This document shows positions 63,841-64,000 of a DNA stretch of 64,000 nucleotides, one piece after another. How positions within the stretch are numbered: position 1 is the first letter of the stretch; the number at the start of each line of letters is the position of its first letter. Source of the DNA: a virus; the IMG/VR virus record IMGVR_UViG_3300027708_001885, positions 38,378-102,377 of that record, one strand, 5' to 3'. The notes under the pieces are model-generated. The model saw nothing but the letters and a program-made list of their open reading frames with translations. It was not told where the DNA came from and did no database searches. A program made the position numbers and the translations under genes.

Positions 63841-64000
63841 GTGATACATCTGCAAGGATATGAACCTTATGGGTTTGATCACTTGAAAACTCTATATAAA
63901 GAAAATCAAATACAATATCGTAAAAAAAATATGCCGGAACTATGGTATAACTGGCAAGGAAAAACTCGTAGATACTATTGTGATTTCTTCGTGGCGGATG
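63841..64000 (+). CDS. partial PD-(D/E)xK/TnsA-like endonuclease fragment running off the window
   Basis: Hand translation VIHLQGYEPYG...WYNWQGKTRRYYCDFFVAD; start uncertain. Confidence 0.4.
   Translation, partial: MIHLQGYEPYGFDHLKTLYKENQIQYRKKNMPELWYNWQGKTRRYYCDFFVAD

Noticed and set aside
1-64000. Alternative genetic code (stop-codon reassignment)
   Set aside because: Long conserved genes are intact in code 11, TAG and TGA terminate clear genes, and no canonical CUA/UCA suppressor tRNA was found.
1-64000. Bacterial chromosome origin (suggested by dnaK, rpoZ, clpS, rfb genes)
   Set aside because: These genes lack their usual chromosomal neighbours (dnaJ/grpE, gmk/spoT, clpA) and sit among short phage-type ORFs, homing endonucleases and a phage-type tRNA array. 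No virion gene is positively identified here, so phage origin remains an inference.

Overview
This window looks like a 64-kb segment of a large (jumbo-type) dsDNA bacteriophage genome using the standard genetic code. Genes are densely packed and mostly on the minus strand. The DnaK resembles proteobacterial, probably betaproteobacterial, proteins, so the host is likely a proteobacterium (inference). Layout: (1) 1-9.6 kb, glycosyltransferases, folE, dCMP deaminase and kinase/phosphatase genes. (2) About 9.6-22.7 kb, a minus-strand array of about 37 tRNA genes (one more at 7.3 kb) covering all 20 amino acids. It includes a group I intron in tRNA-Leu(UAA), many non-canonical tRNAs, three homing-type endonucleases, rpoZ and several structured non-tRNA RNAs. 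(3) 22.8-32.8 kb, an AT-rich island of oxygenase, desaturase and radical-SAM genes. (4) 32.9-49.7 kb, a nucleotide-sugar/glycosylation cluster. (5) 50-64 kb, hemO-pcyX, clpS, hsp20, dnaK, a stand-alone HemA dimerisation domain, rimK and others. The most notable unannotated structures are in the tRNA array. (a) At its head, tandem sigma70 promoters precede a 47-codon leader ORF containing all 20 amino acids. The leader's 3' end forms an antiterminator that is mutually exclusive with an intrinsic terminator, so this is a candidate general tRNA-shortage attenuator controlling the array. (b) Five Y-RNA-like elements share a terminal stem plus UUCAGCAA. Two carry circularly permuted tRNAs, two carry bare anticodon hairpins, and one is inserted inside a CCA-ended tRNA. 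(c) Five constant-size hairpin cassettes (AAACACAYU...AGUGUGUUU) enclose unrelated inserts of about 45 nt. All structures were read by eye; no folding or database searches were run.
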